DNA from: Mobula hypostoma
Taxonomy: Eukaryota
Reading direction: 5' to 3'
Assembly (NCBI RefSeq): GCF_963921235.1
Contig: NC_086107.1
Span: 86,428,001-86,492,000 of the forward strand
Length of the DNA stretch: 64,000 nucleotides
Shown here: one piece after another, positions 36,301-49,053 of the stretch
Position numbering within the stretch: the stretch's first letter is position 1
Layout: the number at the start of each line of letters is the position of its first letter
The notes under the pieces: model-generated
The model's database searches: none
Told to the model about the DNA's origin: nothing
The model's input: only the letters and a program-made list of their open reading frames with translations
Program-made: the position numbers and the translations under genes

Positions 36301-37940
36301 GTGATGGATGAACTGAATAAGTATTTTGCATCACTCTTCACTGTGGAGGATGCTAGCAGTATGCCGCAAGTTTGAGAGTGTCGGGGCAGAAGTGAGTGAA
36401 GTTGCCCTGAGAAGCTAAAACGTCAGAAGGTAGATAATTCACCTGAACCAGATGGTCTACATTCCAGGGTTCTGAAAGAGGTGGCTGGAGAGAATGTGGA
36501 GGGATTTGTAATAATCTTTCAAGGATCAATGGAATGGAAAATTGCAAATGTCACTCCACTCTTCAAGAAGGGAGAGGGGCAGAAAAAAGGAAATTAGATG
36601 GTCTGACCTCAGCGGTTGGGAAAATGTTGGAGTTGATTGGTAAGCATGTGGTTTTGGGGTACGTGAAGGCAGATGATAAAATAGGCCATTGTCAGCATGG
36701 TTTCCTTAAGGGTAAATCTTGCCGACAAATCTGTTGGAATTTGTTGGAAAAAAAACAAGAAGGAAAGACGAAGGAGAATTGGTTGATGTTTATTTTGATT
36801 TTCAGATGTCCTTTGACACAGTGCTACATATGAAGCTGCTTAACAAGTTAAGAGCCCATGGTATTACAAGAAAGATACTTGTATGGATAGAGCATTGGAG
36901 GTTGGCAGTAGGCAAATAGAACAAAGGGATTCTTTTCTGACTGGCTACCGGTAACTAGTGGTGTTCCACGGGTATCTGTGTTTGGACTGCTTCTTTTTAT
37001 GTTATATGGTAATGATTTGGATGAAGGAATTGATAGCCTTGTAGCCAAGTTTGGAGATGGTACGAAGGTAGGTGGAGGGGCAGGTAGTGCTGAGGAAGCA
37101 GAGAGGCTACAGAATGACTTAAAAAGATTAGGAGAATGTGCAGAGTGGGGGATGGAATACAGTGTCGTGAAATGTATGATTATGCACTTTGGTAGAAGAA
37201 ATAAAAGAGTAGACTATTTCCTAAATGGAGAAAAAATTCAAAAATTTGAGGATTGGGAGTCCTTGTGCAGGATTTCCTAAAGGTTAATTTGCAGATTGAG
37301 CCAGTGATGATGAAGGTAAATGCAATGTTAGCATTCATTTTGAGAGGATTAGAATATAAAAGCAAGGATGTAACGTTAAGGCTTTATAAGGGGTTAGTGA
37401 GGACTCATCTGGAGTACTGTATTGTGAGCAGGTTTGGGCCCCTTATGTAAGAATGGATGTGCTAACATTGGAGAAGTTTCAAAGGAGGTCCACAGAAATT
37501 ATTCTGGGATTGAAAGGCCAGTCATATGTAGAGAGTTTAATAGCTCTGGTCCTTTACTCACTGGAATTCAGAAGATTGAGGGGAGGTAATCTCATTGGAA
37601 CCTATCAAATGTTGAAAGGCCTCACTAGAGTAGATTTGGAGAGGATATTTCCTGTGGTGGGGGAGTCTAAGACTAGAGGACACAGCCTCGGAACAGAGCG
37701 ATGTCTTTCTAGAGTGGAGATGAGGAATTTCTTTCGTCAGAGAATGGTGAGCCAGAGGTGGCCATGGATACCAATTCATTGGTCATATTTAAGGCAGAGG
37801 TTGATAAATCCTTGATTAGTCAGGGCATGAAGGGACATGGGAAGAAGGCAGGAGATTGGGGCTGAGAGGGAAATGGATCAGGCAGAGCAGACTCGATGGG
37901 CCAAATAGCCCAATTCTGCTCATGTATGTTATGGTCTTAA
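33320..37940 (+). mobile_element. Two tandem decayed CR1 ORF2 copies (~33320-34975 and ~35035-37940)
   Basis: GVPQGSVLGPLLF, KFADEMKIGG and KFGDGTKVGG motifs. CR1 3' ends near 34960 and 37930. Confidence 0.85.
35614..35832 (-). mobile_element. Short solo LTR (219 bp)
   Basis: TG...CA termini, 4-bp TSD GTAT, AATAAA on minus, internal TGACGTCA. The host CR1 rejoins across it. Confidence 0.85.
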
Positions 37941-38629
37941 GTAGGTGATATGGTGTGGTTAATGCTGATAGTACTATCTGGGTTGTAGTGATATGAATAG
38001 GATGGTGGTGGAAGATTTTCTGGATGAAAAGTGCTTGGGATGCTTGACTGATGCTCGGGTGGTGGTAATGCATCTTACATTGGTCTACCAAATGCCATTA
38101 CAAATTACAAGAAGGAGGAGGCCCGGTGTGGGCATGGGGCAGAGGAAAGGGCCTCGGAGTGGGGAATGGCATGGGCCGGGGATGGAGGTGAGGCAGGGAC
38201 TTAAGTGGGGTCGGTCAATACTTGCTGTGGTTTTGAAGGGTGAGAGGTGCTGTAGTGGGCTTCTCCTGTGGTTTGCAGGTTGACGTGGAGATACGGAGAA
38301 GGCAGATGAGCTGCTCCTTGCTCTTTTCTATTGACCTTTGGATGTAGGAACGGACTGGTGGAATCTGGTAGGCCCGGTTGCTCCTCTAATGTGGACATTA
38401 GTCTCTTCTCTTCCTGCCTGCCACTCTGGGAACAGTGAGTGTCTGTCAGTGCCTTACTGCAATGCCTCCCTCCCTCAGGTGTCCAGTTCTCATCCTTGGG
38501 TTCACATCTTCCTTGGTCCTCACCCCTCGCTCTCTCTGTAACTTCCTTCTACCCTGGCTCCCTCTCAACTCTACTCTCCACTGTTTGTGGTCCTGCTTGT
38601 GTCCTAATGTCCCTGATTTGTTTGTCTGC

Positions 38630-41600
38630 AGGCCTGTGACCACAGGGATTGACACTGATCCCCTCATATTTTGTCATTTCTGTTAATGATGTGGGTAGCA
38701 TGATTGACAAGTTTACAGATGACATGAAACTTGGTGGCAAGGTTACAAATACCATATTGATCAACCAGGAAGGTGGGCAAAGAAATGGGAGGTGCTGTTT
38801 AGGTTAGACAGATGCAAAATGTTGCACTTTGGTTAGTTAAACCAGAGCAGTGAATGGGAGAGTCCTGTGGAGTGATGTTGAACGCAGACTTTCTTGGTTC
38901 CTGCCTCCGCCACCTCCTCTGGCAGCTCAGTCCAGATGCCATCTGTTCTCTGGGTGAAATATTTACTCATTAGATCCCTTTTAAACACCCCACCTGTCAT
39001 CTTAACCCTGAAACCTGTAGCTTTACACACCCACACCATGGGAAAAGGACTCTGGCTGTCCTATCTTTGCCTCTCATAATTTTATACAGCTCTACCATGT
39101 CACCTCTCAGTCCTCTCCACTCCTGATCTTGAAAAAACAGACCCAGCCTATCCAATTTCTCATTTAACTCAAGTCCCCTGATCCAGGCAGAATCTTTGTG
39201 AATCTTTCCTGAATCCTGATTGACCAGGTTCCCACTGCACTTTCACAGTCAGAGGTTTGTGTAGTAGGGACTGAGTATCTGACCTCACTAGTTCAGCACT
39301 TGGCCTTTCATCTATCATGCCTTGGCTCAAGGTGGTCCTTAAACAAGTGCCTACAACACCCCCTCAGGGAATATGTTCTAGGTTATAACATCCCTTTGGG
39401 TGAAGAACAAATTCTTCATCACATCCCCTCTAAACCTCTTAATCCTCTCCTGAAACCTCTACCTCTTGTCTGACACACTTCTTTCTACAGTCAGAGTTCT
39501 ACAGCACAGAAACAAGACATTTAACCTCGATCTCCAATGCCGACATTAGCTGGTCCCATTTGCCTGCATGTAACCCATATCCAACTGATCTTTTCCTATC
39601 CCTGTACCAATCTAAATGCTTTTGAAATTATTCTATTTGTCCCCATCTCAACTGCTTCCTTGGCAGCCTGTTCCACATAACTGTCACTCTGTGTAACAGA
39701 ATTGTCCCCCAGATGCCCTTCAAATATTTCCCCTCTCACCTTAACCCTATTCTCCATAGTATTATACTCACCTACTCTGTGGCCAACAAGAGACCTTGAT
39801 TGTTCACCTATCTATACCCTCAGGACTTTATATACATCTTGAAGTTCATCCATCAGTCCCCTATGGTCCAGGGCTAAAAATCCTAATTTGTCCAATGTCT
39901 ACTTGTAATCCAAGCCCTCATTCCCTATGGTCCAGGTATAATATGTCCGATTTGTTCAATCTCTATTTATAATCCAAGCTCTCCTCCACAGTAACTATGT
40001 TTCATGCAAGCACATCCATCCTGCAGTGTGGCATCAGAAGTCTGAACACGACTCTAGCTCTGGCCTAACTAATTCTTTAAAAAGTTCTTCCAAGCTTCTT
40101 TCCTGTGCCCCTGCTAATGAAGGCTAGTATCCCATTGACCTCACTGTCTATAATCCCTTTAACTCTCCATGATGCATCACCTCACAGTTATCTGGATTAA
40201 ACTCTGTGCCCAATTTACCTGCTGATTTATATCATTGTGTGGTCTGACAGCACCCTCCTCACCAGCAACACCATCACTAATTTTGTGTCATCTGCAAACT
40301 TTCAGAACATGCCCCCCATTCACATCTGAATTGTTCATTTAGATGACAATTAACAAGGGATATAGCACTCATCCGGTGGTACATCACTGGTTATAAGCAA
40401 CCCCATACTATAATCCTCATACTCGCAGGACTATGTATGAGTATAGGTGTTGTTACATTACACTGCAGTTGTACATCTAGAGTATTGTGTTGCCCTGTTG
40501 TAAGAAAGATGTTATTAAGCTGGAAAGAGTGCAAAGAAGATTGATCAGAATTTCACTAGGACTCGAGGGCCTTGATTCCTAGGGAGAGGTTGGGCAGGGG
40601 TGGACTTATTGCTTGGAACATAGGAGACTGAGGGGGTCTTACTGAGGTGCATAAAATAACAAGGGGCACATAGAGGATGTTAGCATGGTCTTTTTCCAGG
40701 TGGGGGATAGAAAAACTAGAAGTTTAAGGTGATGGGCAAGATTTAAATGGGGCCTAACGAGCTACATTTTGACTTAATGTGGGTACATGGAATAAGCTGC
40801 CAGGGGAAATGTTGAGGCAGACACAACAACAACATTTGAAAGATATTTGGAAAAGTGCATTGGAAATTGTTCTAGGTAAGTGGGTTAGTGGATCTTTGGC
40901 CCTGGGACTGTCTCTGGTTCAGAAGGGAGAAGGGAACAAAGGAGTGGTAGTGATAGGGAATTCTCTGATTACGGAAACAGACAGGAGATTCTGTGGGTGA
41001 AAACAAGCCTTCCTGATTGTATGTTAACTCTATAGGTGCCAGGGTCAGAGACTTATTAGATCATTCTTAAGGTGGTGGGATGGTGAACAGCCAGAAGCCA
41101 TGGTCCACATTGGTACAAAGTGCCACAAATTTTGATGTAATCTACAGTCTTATTAACCATGTTTGTTGGAGTGGAGGTGGGTGACTAGTGGTATGCCACA
41201 GGGGAAGATGTTGGGACCTTTGTTATTTATTACTTGTATAAATGATTTAGGTGTAAATGCACAAGGTTTCATCAGTATGTTTATGGACGACACAAAATGA
41301 GGTTTTGTTGATAGTGAAGAAAGTTATCGTAGATGACAGGTGATCTTGATCAGTTGGAGAAGTGGGACAAGGAGTAGCAAACAGAGTCATAGAAAACTGC
41401 CACACAAAAACAGACTCTCTGGCCAATGGAGTCTGTACTGAACTATTATACTGCCTAGTCCCATCAACCTGCCCCCAGACCATAGCTTCCATACCCCTCC
41501 CATTTATGTACTTATCCAACTTACTCCTAAATGGTTAAACTGAACCCTTATCCACCACTTCTACTGGCAGCTCTTTCTACACTCTTGCCACTCTCTGAGC

Positions 41601-41646
41601 GAATAAGTGCCCCCTTATGTTACCCTTAAATATTTCATCTTTCACT
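38630..41646. mobile_element. Old CR1 fragments, mixed orientation
   Basis: Multiple CR1 3'-end and RT remnants. Confidence 0.65.
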
Positions 41647-41994
41647 TGTAACGTTCCGTTATATTGGCTCGTGTATTGTCTAGGGGAAATCCAGCCCAGC
41701 ACCTGCCTCAACACTCCCCACAGTGTCGGTTGCCGCCCGAATCAATCCCAAACATCAATCATCAGCCAGCACACCCAGTAAATTTTAACAAAGTACACTT
41801 TATAGATATTACTAATTCTATGACATTAATATAAATTTGATACAGAGAGGAAAGTAATGAAAAAAAAAGGCGCCAACACTTATCAAAGTCCAAGTTCTTC
41901 GCGCGCTACAGTTGGAGCTCAATCGATTCCGGACGACCACCCGAATCCTGTCGACTCACGACTCGGGACCACCCGAAGTGATCGACCGGAGCCT

Positions 41995-43670
41995 TTCCGC
42001 ACGTCCGCCGTCCTCCCCGTCTCTCCTCCGACTCCCCGTCTCTCCCCCGACTCTCCGTCAAAAACCCCCGCACGTCCACCGTCCTCACCGTCTCTGCTCC
42101 GACTCCCTCCCCGCCAAAAACCCCCGCACATCCGCTGTCCTCCCTGTCTCTCCACCGACTCCCTGCCCATAAACCCCTGCACGTCCGCCGTCCTCCTTGT
42201 CTCTCCTCTGACTCCCCGTCTCTCCTCCGACTCCCCACCAAAACCCCATCCACCGTCCTCCCCGTCTCTCCTCCGACTCCCCACCAAAACCCCATCCACC
42301 GTCCTCCCCGTCTCTCCTCCGACTCCCCGTCAAAAACCCCGTCCGCCGTTCTCCCCATCTCTCCTCCGACTCCCCACCAAAACCCCATCCACCGTCCTCC
42401 TCGTCTCTCCTCCGACTCCCCGCCAAAAACCCCGTCCACCGTCCTCCCCATCTCTCCTCCTACTCCCCGCCAAAAACCCCGTCCACCGTCCTTCCCGTCT
42501 CTCCTTCGACTCCCCCCAAAAACCCCCGCATGTCCACCGTCCTCCCCATCTCTCCTCCGACTCCCTGCCAAAAACCCCCGCACGCCCGCCGTCCTCCCCA
42601 CCTCTCCTCCGACTCCCCGTCTCTCCACCATCCTCCTCGTATCTCCTCCGACTCCCCGTCTCTCCACCGACTCCCTGCCCATAAACCCCTGCACGTCCGC
42701 CGTCCTCCTCGTCTCTCCTCTGACTCCCCGTCTCTCCTCCGACTCCCCACCAAAACCCCATCCACCATCCTCCCATCTCTCCTCTGACTCTCCGTCTCTC
42801 CTCCGACTCCCCGTCAAAAACCCCGTCCGCCGTCCTCCCCGTCTCTCCTCCGACTCCCCCCGCCAAAAACCCCGTCCACCGTCCTCCTCGTCTCTGCTCG
42901 GACTCCCCCCAAAAACTCCCGCATGTCCACCGTCCTCCCCATCTCTCCTCCGACTCCCCGCCAAAAACCCCGTCCACCGTCCTTCCCGTCTCTCCTTCGA
43001 CTCCCCCCAAAAACCCCCGCATGTCCACCGTCCTCCCCATCTCTCCTCCGACTCCCCGCCAATAACCCCCGCACGTCCGCGGTCCTCCCCACCTCTCCTC
43101 CGACTCCCCGTCTCTCCACCGTCCTCCTCGTCTCTCCTCCGACTCCCCGTCTCTCCACCGACTCCCTGCCCATAAACCCCTGCATGTCCGCCGTCCTCCT
43201 CGTCTCTCCTCTGACTCCCCGTCTCTCCTCCGACTCCCCACCAAAACCCCATCCACCGTCCTCCCTGTCTCTCCTCTGACTCCCTGTCTCTCCTCCGACT
43301 CCCCGTCAAAAACCCCGTCCACCATCCTCCTCGTCTCTGCTTGGACTCCCCCCAAAAACTCCCGCACGTCCCCCGTCCTCCCCATCTCTCCTTTGACTCC
43401 CCACCAAAAACCCCGTCCACCGTCCTCCCCGTCTCTCCTTCGACTCCCCCCAAAAACCCCCGCATGTCCACCGTCCTCCCCATCTCTCCTCCGATTCCCC
43501 GCCAAAAACCCCCGCATGTCCGCCGTCCTCCTCGTCTCTCCTCTGACTCCCCGCCAAAACCCCGTCCACCGTCCTCCTCGTCTCTCCTCCGACTCCCCAC
43601 CAAAAACCCCCGCATGTCCGCCGTCCTCCCTGTCTCTCCAGCGACTCCCCCCCCAAAAACCCCGTCCACA
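41995..43670 (+). repeat. C-rich minisatellite (~47-bp unit, ~500-bp higher-order repeat) inside the 3' LTR
   Basis: Unit CCCCGTCCACCGTCCTCCCCATCTCTCCTCCGACTCCCCGCCAAAAA. The variant GCCCATAAA recurs at 42165, 42677 and 43168. Confidence 0.95.
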
Positions 43671-44006
43671 GTCATATGATACAGCATTATATCCGAAAAC
43701 AAAATGATACATGACCACCCATTGGTTAATAGCACCCTGCTATCTCTAATAACCCAAGCAAATGTCTAGTTAGAGACTTTCTCAGCATTCCCCAGTATAA
43801 CATAACAAAAGAAGCCATTTTAAATTTAACAAAAAAGAAAGACCCCGTACACTCTCCCCCTACCAATAAAAGTCATGCCCTCATGATGTTAACAGGGTTC
43901 ACCATTGCTCCTTGTAAAACACAAAACCCAACCCAGGTGTATAAAGCAGTGACATAACTTTCCAGGGCAGTAGAGATCACACCCTGTTCTCCCGGCGCTG
44001 TATACG

Positions 44007-45926
44007 TCAGTCTCTCGGGGGGATGTCTACTCCTCTGAGGCCTCTGGACTTCCTCTGCTGACTCTCCCTGTTTAGACACCCAGGTGACACCCCGGGCCTA
44101 TCTGTCGGACCTTCCCCCTCACCGGGATCCCTCTGCCCCTGTGAGCCCTCTGGCTCGGGTTCTGCCTCCACCCTCTCCTCCCCCAATCCCGGCTGTAATA
44201 CAGGCGGCTCTGCAACACCCTCCCTCGGTTCCCCTAACTCAGTGTTGGAAGGGCCAGGAGTCTCTTCTCCCAGCACTGGGGAATCAGCGAATGGAAACAG
44301 GTACCACACGTCCGAATCATCGTCTTCCAATGACGTATCCCTTTTTGAGGTGGGGACCGGCCCTGTCTCCTTCGCAGTGGGCTCTTCCCTCGCCCCGCGC
44401 CCTCGCAGAGTCCTCGTACTAGGCGTAAAGTCCCATTTGGGCTCTGGGTCTACCTTCACCTCTTGACCCAGAGGTAACAGGTGGTTCTGATGGAATACCT
44501 TGACAGGCCCCTTCCTGCCCTCAGGTCTCACCCGGTAAACCGGGAGATTCGGCATCTGACTCTCCACCACATAGGGGATGGCTGCCCAACGGTCCGCCAA
44601 CTTGTGCTTACCAGTTAGTCCTAAATTCTGGGTAAGGACTCGGTCTCCCGGCAATAGCTGGACGAACTTTACTTTCTGATCATACCTCCTTTTATTCCGC
44701 TGGTTCTGCTTGGTGGCTGCCGCCTCAGCCAACTCGTACGCCATTTTCAACTCTCTCCTCATATCGGACACGTACTTCAGACATGGCTTCGAAGGTATTT
44801 CACCCGCTTCAGTCCCAAAACACAGATCAATGGGCAACCTCGCTTCCTGTCCGAACATCAGATAGTAGGGCGAGTACCCCGTAGCATCATTGCGAGTACA
44901 ATTGTAACAGTGAACCAAATGGGCGATGTGCTGACTCCACTTACTCTTCTGTCCAATCTCCAAAGTGCTGAGCATGTCCAGCAGGGTCCCGTTAAACCTC
45001 CCGGGCTGAGGATCACCCTGCGGGTGATAGGGGGTGGTTCTGGATTTCTCAACCCCAAACATACCCAGTAATTCATGGATAAGCCTGCTCTCGAAGTCCC
45101 GTCCCTGATCACTATGGATCCACCGGGGAAGGCCATAATGAACAAAGTACTTCTCCCACAACACCTTCGCCACTGTAGTCGCTTTCTGGTCCTTAGTAGG
45201 AAAAGCCTGCGCATATCTAGTGTAGTGATCCGTGAGGACCAAGACATTCGCGGTATTGCTGGTGTCTGGCTCAATAGACAGGAAATCCATACACACCAGG
45301 TCCATGGGTCCTGCACTCTGCAAGTGGGATAACGGGGCCGCCTGCACAGGCAGGGTCTTCCTCCTGACGCAACGGCTACAGGTCTTACAGTATTCTTCCA
45401 CCTCCCCCCTCATCCGGGGCCAGTAAAACCGGTCCTTGAGTAATCCATAGATCTTCTCTACCCCTAAGAGCCCGGAATCATCATGTAGAGCCTGGAGCAC
45501 AGTCTTCCGATACTTCTCAGGCATGACCAGCTGCCAGTGCCGGGGGTGGTCCGGAGGCGACGTGACCCGGTACAGGACGTGGTTCTTCAGCTTCAACCGG
45601 GGCCACTCCTTCAGTAGTAGGGGAACGGAGGCATGTTTCGCCTTCTCCACCTGCCCCATATCACCCTGGCTAACCGCGTACCAGATAGTGCCAATGCTCG
45701 GGTCATCACAGTGAGCCGCCTCCACTTCCTGGGGACTCAACTCCGGCAGCTGCCTGCTCCTCAGAGCAGTCACATTACAGTAAACAGTGGGTAGCGCGTC
45801 ATCGTCAGCCCCCAGTTGATCTACTACCCGATCCGTTCCCATCTGTGCTCCTACTTCCCCGTCGCTCCCAACTTGACACATGGCCTTTACTCCCGGGGCA
45901 GGGACACTCTTCCACTCCTCTGCCAT
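44007..45926 (-). pseudogene. Gypsy integrase ORF (639 aa), probably inactive
   Basis: The HHCC second His is lost (HDDSGLLG). D (CMDF) and D (HSDQG) are present but the catalytic Glu is Gly (PQPGRFN). Confidence 0.85.
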
Positions 45927-46099
45927 GCCCGATGAGACAGGGCATCTGCATCGATATTCCGACTCCCTGGGCGGTACTTCAAGCTGAACTCATAGGGAGA
46001 CAAGGCTGCTAACCACCGGTGCCCAGTAGCGTCCAGCTTTGCTGAGGTCAGGATATAAGTGAGGGGGTTGTTGTCAGTTCTCACCTCAAACTGGGCCCC

Positions 46100-46235
46100 G
46101 TATACTTTTAATCAAACTCAACCCTCGCACCAGTACATCTTCCGGAATGCGATAATCGACCCCACTTAACACGCACGCATGATTCACCGGTACCTCCTCC
46201 AATTCACACCAAGTTACAATCTTATCTCGATCCAT
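46100..46235 (-). pseudogene. Truncated gag N-terminus, PNMA-like
   Basis: MDRDKIVTWCELEEVPVNHACVLSGVDYRIPEDVL just after the PBS. Confidence 0.6.
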
Positions 46236-46906
46236 CTTCGCACCACTTAACGTGACGACTATTACCACTTTACCGAAAATCCAAATCCAGGACGGTAGCC
46301 CCCACTTGTAACGTTCCGTTATATTGGCTCGTATATGTCCAGGGGAAATCCCACCCAGCATCTGCCTCAACACTCCCCACAGGGTCAGTCGCAGCCCGAA
46401 TCAAGTCCAAACCTCAATCATCAGTAAACCCAGTAAATTTTAACAAATACACTTTATAGATATTACTAATTCTATGACATTAATATAAACTTGATACAGA
46501 GAGGAAAGTAATGAAAAAAAAGGCACCAGCACTTATCAATGTCCAAGTTCTTCGCGCGCAACCGTTGGAGCTCAATCGAATCCGGACGACCACCCGAATC
46601 CTGTCGACTCACGGCTCGGGACCACCCGAAGTGATCGACCGGAGCCTCTGCACATCCGCCCTCCTCCTCGTCTCTCCTCCGACTCCCCGTCTCTCCTCTG
46701 ACTCCCCGCCAAAAACTCCGTTCCCAGTCATATGATACAGCATTGTATCCGAAAACAAAACGATACATGACCACCCATTGGTTAATAGCACCCTGCTATC
46801 TATAATAACCCAAGCAAATGTCTAGTTAGAGACTTTCTCAGCATTCCTCAGTATAACATAACAAGAGAAGCCATTTTAAATTTAACAAAAAAAAAGACCC
46901 CGTACA

Positions 46907-47950
46907 CACCCTTAACCTCTGACCTCTAGCTCTAGTTTCATGCAAACTCAGTGGAAATACCTGCTTGCATTTACCCTGTCTATACGCCTCATAGTTTTGC
47001 ATACCCCTATCAAATCTCCTCTCATTCTCCTATGTTCCTGGAAATCAAGTGCTAACCTATTCAACTTTTCCCTGTAACTTAAGTCCTCGGGTTTTGGCAA
47101 CATTCTTGTAAATTTTCTCTGTACCCATGCAATCTTAGTGGGTATTTTTCCTGTACGTAGGTACCAGAAGTGTACACAATACTCTAGATTCAGACCTCAC
47201 TAACATCTTATACAACTTCAAAATAACATCCCATATCCTGTACTCAATACTTTGCTTTATGAAGGCCTATGTGCCAAAAGCTCTCTTTACAATTCCATCT
47301 ACCTGTGACCCCACTTTCGAGGAATTATGGATCTATGTTCCCAGATCCCTCTTCTACCAAATTCCTCAATGCCCTATCACTCATCGTGCAAGTCCTATCT
47401 TGGTTTGTCCTCCTAAAGTGCAACACCTCTCACTTGTCTGCATTAAATTCTATCTGCCATTATTCAGCCCAGTTTTCTAACTTGTCCAGATCCCGCTGCA
47501 AGCTTTGATGGGCTTCCTTTCTGTCCACTACACCCTCAACACTGGTTTCACCTGCAATTTTGTTGATCCAGTTTACCACATTATCATCCGCATTGTTGAT
47601 ATAGATGGAAAACAATGGACCCAGGCCTCCAGTCAGAGAGGCAACCATCTACTACCACTCCCTGGTTTCTCGCACAATCCAATGTCGAATCCAATTCATA
47701 CTGAGTGCCAAGCGAACAACCCTCGTTTGTTTCTACCTGCCTGTACTTGCTTTGCATCTGCGGCTTCTTCTTAACCAGGTCCTCTGTCTTGAAAGCTAAA
47801 GTTCCCGAAACATGTCAGCCTTGCTGTTTGTCTTGACAAATTCTGCACTCTCAAAATTTCACTTTTGAAGGCCTCCCACTTAACAAGCATCCCTTTGCCA
47901 GAAAACAACCTATCCCAATCAACACTTGCCAGATCCTTTCAAATACCATC
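46907..47950 (-). mobile_element. CR1 fragment (host of the Gypsy insertion)
   Basis: GPLFSIYIN...LQRDLDKLENWAE. Continues from 41640. Confidence 0.8.
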
Positions 47951-47965
47951 TAATACCCTCCACAA

Positions 47966-48220
47966 TGGCAGCACAGTAGCATAGTGGTTAGCACAAAGCT
48001 AATACAGCAGCAATGACCTGGGTTCAGTTTCCGCCACTGTCCCTGAGGAGTTTGTACAACATGGGTTTCCTCCAGGTGCTCCAGCTTTCTCCCACATTGC
48101 AAAGACAGAAAGCCAGGTTAGTAGGTTAATTGGTCACAAAGGTGTAATTGGGTGGCGTGGGCTCATTGGGCTGGAAGGGCCTGTAACTGTGCTGTATTGC
48201 CAAATTAATATAAATAAACA
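47966..48220 (+). mobile_element. V-SINE (HE1-like)
   Basis: tRNA head TAGCATAGTGG...GGTTCAG, V-domain TGGGTTTCCTCCAGGTGCTCC, and a (TAAA)n tail. Confidence 0.75.
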
Positions 48221-48741
48221 GCCAGCACCATACTGTAAGGACACAGACCTTCACAACAGTTGGAAACGATTTGGTTAATATTGTGGAAGTTGAACCACTG
48301 CAACTCTGTTCCCATTACACCTCTATGTCCTCAATCTCCCACCAAATGTTGGAAGTCCTGCAGTATAATCCCAGCAAAATTATTGTCCCTTGTTTGATTT
48401 CTAAGCCCTACCTACATGACCTCGTAAAGTCCCGACCTCATTACTGCTGTGATGGTCTGCTTAAACAACAGTACAACACACCCCACCACTATTTTACATT
48501 CCTTCCTATCATTTGTTGTGCTCGGGGAAAGCCAAATATCTTTTAAATGTGGTAATTGTACTCTCATTGACAACGTCCTTGTTGGATATATCTTTGGCCT
48601 CTTTGTGAAAATGTTGCTTATAAGTCTATCCCCTTCACCTTAAAGTTGTTTTAGATTCCCTATTCTGGGAAAAAGTCTATGACCATCCATCTAATCTATT
48701 CACCTCATTATTTTATAAACCTCTATACCTTCCTTCCTAGT

Positions 48742-49053
48742 GGGCACGTGGCTAAGTGGTTAAGGTATTGGACTGGCGACCTGAAAGTCGTGAGTTCGAG
48801 TCCCAGCCGAGGCAACGTGTTGTGTCCTTGAGCAAGGCACTTAATCACCCATTGCTCTGCAACAACACTGGTGCCAAGCTGTATGGGTCCTAATGCCCTT
48901 CCCTTAGACAACACTGGTGTCGTGGAGAGGGGAGACTTGCAGCATGGGCAACTGCTGGTCTTCCATACAACCTTGCCCAGGCCTGCGCCCTGGAGAGTGA
49001 AGACTTTCCAGGTGCAAATCCATGGTCTTGCAAGACTAACAGATGCCTTTATT
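48742..49053 (+). mobile_element. tRNA-derived CORE-type SINE
   Basis: A box TGGCTAAGTGG, B box GTTCGAGTC, core GTGTCCTTGAGCAAGGCACTTAA, and a flanking repeat TATACCTTCCT. Confidence 0.8.

Larger units (their letters stand above)
41647..46906 (-). mobile_element. Internally deleted Gypsy LTR retrotransposon
   Basis: 5' LTR 46307-46906 and 3' LTR 41647-43851, with TG...CA termini and TSD CACT/CACC. tRNA-Pro-like PBS TGGGGGCTACCGTCC and PPT AGGGGGAGAG. The gag N-terminus is joined directly to the RNase H end and integrase. Confidence 0.93.

Noticed and set aside
41995-43670. CRISPR-like or telomere-like array
   Set aside because: There are no unique spacers, no cas genes and no TTAGGG. It derives from an LTR seed.
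41857-43735. 609-aa, 462-aa and 275-aa repetitive ORFs
   Set aside because: They are translations of a minisatellite that lacks stop codons in several frames. There is no coding evidence.
48742-48815. Possible tRNA gene
   Set aside because: It has A and B boxes but no clean acceptor stem, and runs into a SINE core with a TSD.
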